DNA of 64,000 bases from the human T2T-CHM13v2.0 reference genome, Homo sapiens: NCBI RefSeq assembly GCF_009914755.1, contig NC_060930.1; one strand, given 5' to 3'. Below are positions 57,750 through 64,000 of this stretch, piece by piece; positions within the stretch are counted from its first letter, which is position 1; the number at the start of each line of letters is the position of its first letter. The notes below the pieces were generated by a model. It had not been told where the DNA came from. It did no database searches and saw only the letters and a list, made by a program, of their open reading frames with translations. The translations under genes were made by a program, and so were the position numbers.

Positions 57750-59300
57750 GTTTAAATCAGATCTCCCCAAGAGAGTTGTCTAAACTCAATGTCTTCAATT
57801 TCTTTCTTTTCTTTTGTTAACTAAGTGAATGCTAATTAGGCTTCATCTCAGTCATTATTCCTAACTGTATCATGCCAATTGCCCAGGATAAAGAAATTGG
57901 GAGTCATTCTAGACCCTCTTGTGTCTTGCATACCCCACATCCAATCCATCAACAAATCACATCAGTTCTTCCTGTAAATGTTATCCAGGATACAACAGAC
58001 TGACTCACCACTTCTACAGCTACCATCTTGGTCTAACTTGTGGCACTAATGTTGCCAGACTCATAGGACCCAAAATAAAATGAATGCAAATATAATGTTT
58101 ATTGCTGGTAAAGCACAGGATTAAAGTAAGAATGCATTCTGGCCAAAGGCTGCCTCTCAGCAAGGGGTCTAGAAAGTCTGTATATAGGCGCCAATCATCT
58201 CCTATTTGTAGGACTCTATTGTTTTCTCTCAAAGATCAGGGACCTCCAATGTGTCCAAGAAACACCCAGGTGGATTTCTGACTGGGTTTTTTAATTCCTT
58301 GCTGGACATGTGGGCATGTTCTCTGCGACATAACATGCTTTTCCTTTATACAGCTGCTTGTCCTCCTCCCTTGTCTCCTTCAAGTCAATTATTTATCCTC
58401 AGCATCAGAGCCCTGTGGAAGTCTCACTGAAACCAGGTACAAATCATCAATCTCACTGTTACCAGTAAACAAAATAATGCTGAAAACCTGGTAATAACCA
58501 CCCTGAAACTTGCCTTGGCCTCATGGTTACAAAGTAACACTATTAGCCTGTATATTTCATGCCTTGACTAAGGGATCAGTGTCATCCAGATACATCTCCT
58601 ACGTTTAACAAAACAGCTCAGGCCAATTCCAGGCCTGCTGGAATTAACTGACACAGCACAACCCTGTCAGTTCGCTCCTGAATTGTTGCGCTTTTCCCTG
58701 CTTCCATTTTGAGGCTTGACAGCCTATTCTTAACATAACCAGAGTGATCCTTTGAGAAAACAAGTGAGAACGTGACACTCCTCTACATAAAACCCTCCAT
58801 AAATTCCTTCCTTTCATGGCCTAGAAGGCCCACACCGTCTAGACCTCTACCTCCTTCCCTTTCCAGCTTGGTCTTCTCCAACTTTCCCCCTTACTTCCTC
58901 CACTCTCGTCACACTGGCCTCCTCACTGTGGAGGTCATGGCTGGAAACAGGCCTGTGTGCCACTGCCCTTCTGCCTGACACGCTCTTCCTTTAGATAGTG
59001 CTTGGCCTCCTCCCTCATCTCAGCTAGGTAAATTTTCAAATCTCATCTTCATAGTGAAGCTTTCCACAATGAAAATCGAAAAGATCCCTCTCCAAATGTT
59101 TCTTTTTTAATCTTCTGTGCTTTCAGTTTTCTTCAGATAATTCATAACCATCTGATATGCTATATGTTTTACTATCTTTTCTTTACTATCTGTCTTCATC
59201 ACAGATTGTAATCTCTCTGAGGAAGGAGGCATCTATTTGAGATTCATTGCCAAATCTCCAACTCCTAGAACAATGCCTGCTAAACAGTTGAATGAATGAC
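57750..59300 (+). mobile_element. L2 (L2a-like), interrupted by an LTR at ~58039-58660
   Basis: 'ggagtcattctagac...cacatccaatccatcaacaaatc', 'ccagagtgatcctttg' and 3' end 'cctagaacaatgcctgc...gttgaatgaatga'. Confidence 0.75.
58039..58660 (-). mobile_element. Probable ERVL-type solo LTR, family unassigned
   Basis: Interrupts the L2; TG...CA ends; minus-strand TATAAA (58345-58350) and AATAAA (58098-58103) in LTR order. Confidence 0.5.
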
Positions 59301-59933
59301 AGGTTGTAAATTCATATCTGAAAATTTAGAGTATTCATTAGAGGTCTGGGCTTAAAAGCATAGGAATCATCTCTTAAATCAAACACCTGACAGATTTAAA
59401 AACAAAAGTCTTATTTCATAATACCCAGGAAATGCTGAACTCCAGGAAGTGTGTAGGGTCTCAGCAAATGAATATACTATCTGGCTGAAGTGGAATTAAG
59501 GAAAATACCTCACATGTTCAGGGAAGATCATTGCTTATAAATTTACTTTATACATTTGAGCTTTTAGAATGTAAGCAACTCAAAAATTAGGTAGGTTTTT
59601 GTTTTAGTTTTTTAACTATAAATCAAGATACTGTGAGATAAGTTCTTCAAATTCCTGGAAATGAGGGAGCATCCAGAGTTTAGACTTGGCTTCCATTGGG
59701 GTGATCATGGAAGGTTTCATGGAGGATAAACATTGAGGCTGGATGATGTAACCACACATCCAGGTGCCCCTGCTTCTACCTGGATTTCTCCTAGGCCTCT
59801 TAAACTCTCAAGTCAATAGCTGGGACTTCATCTTTGCTAGATCAAATCTGTGATCCTGTGCTAATCCTAATCTCACTGAATGGAACTAGCATCCACTTAA
59901 TTGAAAAAAAACCAAACAAACCAAAAAAAAATA

Positions 59934-60229
<296 letters not shown>

Positions 60230-60879
60230 TTAGAAAACTTGGAAAAACATCTTTATGTCTTTTTTTTTCCCCTCAACCCCCAAAACTAACCAAACATCAA
60301 TTTTAGCAAGTAAATATTGGTATATCTTCCCACTCCTTTCCATGACCCCTAACACTGCTCCAATAATGCCATCATTATTTTTTACCTGGATACTCACCAA
60401 AACCTCCTAACTGATCATATTGTCTTCCATCTCACTGACCTCTATGTTCTCCAAACAACCAAAACGCAACTTTCAAAAATGCAGAATGTGTTGCACCTCT
60501 GCTTCCATGATTTTCTATTGTTCTTAAACAAAATTAAACCTCTTAACATAACTGTCTTGGAAGGCCATTTGTGCCTCTGCTTTTTTCTCCAGCCTCAACT
60601 CTTTCCACCCTTTCCCTTACCTGTTGTGAGTGCTCCCAATTGAGCTACTTTTAGAATCTACAATATACTAGGCTGAAATCTACTATTCCTTCCTGTATAA
60701 TTTCCTCAGGGAAGTTACCCTGACCTCCATGTTACAACTTTCTACCATACATATAGTCCACAGACTGAAGTCAAATGCTCTTGCATTGCATTTCCACCAC
60801 ATTTGGAAATTCCCCTGACAGAGTACTTACAACACATTACTGTAGTTGCTTCCTTAATCACATCTTTCCCACAAGACCA

Positions 60880-61093
60880 TAGTAATAGTAAAGATTAATT
60901 GAGTGATTACTGCATGCCAGATTCTAAGTGTGATACATAAATTCATTCATTACACACAACACCTGATGAGGGATGTCTTCTTTTACAGTTAAGGAAACTA
61001 AAGCACAGAGAAGTACAATAATGTATCCGGGTTCATACATCGTGGAAGTAGCAAAATCAGTATTTGAGGCCAGAAAATCTGCTCTTAAGCCCA
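60880..61093 (-). mobile_element. MIR
   Basis: 'ttttacagttaaggaaactaaagcacagagaagt' is the reversed MIR core. Confidence 0.7.
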
Positions 61094-61672
61094 ACAATAT
61101 TTATGAGAGAACACAACACTATATATATACTTTAAAAACATTTTTTGCTTTAATTATAAATAATTTCACAACTAATAAAACAAACAACAACCACCAAAAA
61201 AATAAAGCCTTGAGCTCCTCTTGAAAAATCCATAATCTGTGTGCACTGTGGCCTGTGCCCCCTTATGGCACAATACTCTTTACAAGGGGCATGGAATTTC
61301 CAGCTTTCCATGATCTCCACTTTCTGTTGTCACCCTGATAGAACATGTTTCCTCCTTTATCATATTTGTTTACCATTATAAATTTCTTGGGAATAAGGAC
61401 CTTGCCTATCTTATTGCCCCAGTATTAGGATCCCCAATATTAAGCGAAGTTTCCAGGCAAAATATAGGTATTGGATAAATATTTATCAATTACGTGAAGT
61501 AATGAATGCATGAATTGCAGAGATATTAGAGAAAGTAAAGGTGATACATTCAAACAGGGAAAACTACCTAAGTAAAGCAATCTCCTAAAGATATTTTTAT
61601 AAGGGTGTTATAATTATGTTATCCATTTTTCATGAAATCATAGACTTCTGAAGTTTCTCTGTGTAATTTTCT

Positions 61673-61704
61673 AATTTTTGTATCTGTGCTGCCGAAGCAA
61701 GCAC
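61673..61704 (-). pseudogene. U6 snRNA 5'-end retrocopy (about nt 1-32, no poly-A tail)
   Basis: The reverse complement GTGCTTGCTTCGGCAGCACAGATACAAAAATT matches the U6 5' end GTGCTCGCTTCGGCAGCACATATACTAAAATT with 3 mismatches in 32; direct repeat tgtaattttct at 61662-61672 and 61710-61720. Confidence 0.85.
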
Positions 61705-64000
61705 AATTATGTAATTTTCTGTCCTTAAATAGTACTTTCTGGGAGTAAGTAATGACAATTCTTAACTGTACCTCTCGTGCACTCTTGAATTAAGATTTAA
61801 GCATCATTTACTGATTTTCATCTTTTATTTGTTACTGTATATGCAACATGCTGTTCAACCAATCATTAACTATATTCTATGTGAGTGTAGTGTGTTAGTA
61901 TAAAACAATAAACGAACAAAACCCCCAAACCTTCTTAAGTCAATATTATGAAGATGATTAATATCAGTGTTGTGTCAAAGACTTTAAGAACATGTTACGA
62001 AGATTGCTGATGATGTGGTTTCTATATCCTAGAGAAACAGCAGGCTCTGGAGTCCCTGGAGAAAGTTGGTCTCTCCCTCCTTTCAGTATAGATTTTCTCT
62101 ACCCAACAGAAATCAATTAATCTTTTTATGCCCAAGTTTATGCTTCTATAAACTGGAGAAAACCGTTGCTACCTACACTAAGAAGAATGTTCTGACAAAT
62201 AATGAAGTCATGTCTGAAATGCAATATATAACAACAAAGTATCATGATTTTGAGGGGGTTGGAATTAGCTTGTTTTCCATTTTCTAATTAGTCTGTAATA
62301 ACTGAAGGACAGTCTAATAATTCTTGACTCCTTTTTCTGGGTTACTCAAGCAGCTCCTAGGAATTCTAAAGTGCACATGTAACACTCTATCTATTGCAAG
62401 CTGCTTCATGTATAAACCAATGATATACAAGTAGGGTGCAAGATATTCCGTTAAGAAGAAAATAAGAGGAATTTGCCTCATTTTCAATATTTTCCAAGAT
62501 AAGCAATGTGACTTTCCCCTTGATTTGGTTATATTCACTTTCTGTAGTAAATGTTCAAAAGTCATTTATTAGGACAGAGGGAAAATGTGCTGTCACTTTC
62601 TCTGAACCAATAAAGAAAACTTTGAAGTTTCCAGCAAAAGAAATTTCATTACAGAGCATTGGTGTTTTGGGAAGCATTATAGTGTTGATATAGCAAATGT
62701 TAATTAAGTGACCAGTAACTTAAACAGGATCAATCTAACCTCTTCTTGTCACTGATATTTGTGAGGTACGGTTGTTTATAAAGTACTTTTGGGCTTGGAG
62801 TAAAGTACGTTTTCCCATATTATTCAGTAATTCACTGCTTCTGTGCAATCTTCAATTATTTTTAGAGTTTGGGATTTGGAGGAAATGCCTTTACAGTTTT
62901 AGTTACATTGCAAATTAAATTCTAATTTATACGAAGCTAACTCAGTCTTTCTTCTTTCCAGGAAATGTAACAGAAAGCTGTAAGGGCATTAGCCACCTTG
63001 AGTCTTTTTATCAAGGTGTGTTCAGATGGGGAAAGGCACCTAATAGAGGTTTAGTAAAGACTGAAGTTTAGTAAAAACTTTATTATCAAAATCTATTTTA
63101 TTATAATTATTTTCTTGCACTTTTCTAATTGACTTCTTTTCAAATGGTTATTTACATACTGCTCTTCCTGCATCATATTTCTCATTTTAAAAAGCTTTTG
63201 CCAAAAGCCTTTTCCCCCTTCTTTGAATAGGAAAAAGATTTTTTGGTTCTTAATTGAAAAGACATTTGCTTTGGCAACTCTCTTTTCTCTTCGATTAACT
63301 GTGAAGCATTCTGAGGTCTGAGAAAGAAGTTTTATCCCTAAGAAGATCAATCCCCAGTTGTTGGTAGTTTAACCCATCTTGGTGGAAAAGACCAGGAGAA
63401 GGGGGGAGAAACAAGGGGTCTTAGGTTTACACTGATAAGAAAAGACTGTAAATATTGAATTATATTGTATGACAGTTAAGGCTGACTTCCGACTTGAAGG
63501 TGAGGGTGGGTAGAATGGAGAACTTCTACATGAAATGAAAGCCTCTGCCTTCATTTTGAAAGAAAGGGAAGGCTATGCATGTTTACCCTGCATTTGCCTG
63601 TAGAATTCAATCATTCCCTGGCATAAGCTCCCCACTAACTTACCAGAAGCCTCCTCACACCCAGACACATATGTTTTCAATTGAAAAGTGCTTACAAAAA
63701 GACCACCTGCCAGCAAAGGGAATGTTTTTTGTCTCCCAGTGGGGTTCTTACAGACAGGACTGAATGTAGTTAAGCAGGAACAGAACTAGAAGCCTAAAAC
63801 CATGATGTTACAGGCTAGCATGCTTATTGAGATTTTCTTTGAAATAGAAAAGGAAAATGTATAAGATACTAAAATGATCATTGTTATTTTGTTTTGTTGG
63901 GACTCCATCAGAACTTTGAATCCTTTCTTCCCCGACACTTCCTTTTCATATTTCTTTGTTCAGTCATGTTTTGTGATATGCTTGAATAGTTTTAACTAAA

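Noticed and set aside
63093-63350. 85-aa Lys-rich minus-strand ORF
   Set aside because: No recognisable domain or splice context; the composition reflects T-rich DNA.

Overview
This is AT-rich, CpG-poor primate genomic DNA, almost certainly human given an AluYg6-like insertion. I could not recognise a host protein-coding gene. By my rough sum, more than half of the window is interspersed repeat. LINEs: two full-length minus-strand L1s with target-site duplications (TSDs), L1PB1-like at 1688-7907 and L1PA10-like at 35359-41790; a 5'-truncated L1PA5/6-like copy at 52092-54683; several older L1M fragments; and L2/MIR relics. LTR elements: a complete THE1 (MaLR) provirus carrying two Alus, an internally deleted MST provirus, and MLT1/MLT2 and ERV solo LTRs. 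There are also 11 Alus, several microsatellites and a tailless U6 5'-end retrocopy. The long ORFs in the track are broken L1 ORF1/ORF2 or MaLR ORF pieces, or translated Alus; the other ORFs look like chance. I found no evidence for a new biological system. The best second-look items are a ~430-bp local duplication with a templated junction, the young AluYg6-like insertion, the U6 fragment, an 18-bp perfect inverted repeat, a rearranged L1, the minus-strand bias of the L1s, and a few candidate non-coding exons. Subfamily names come from remembered consensus features, not from a database search.
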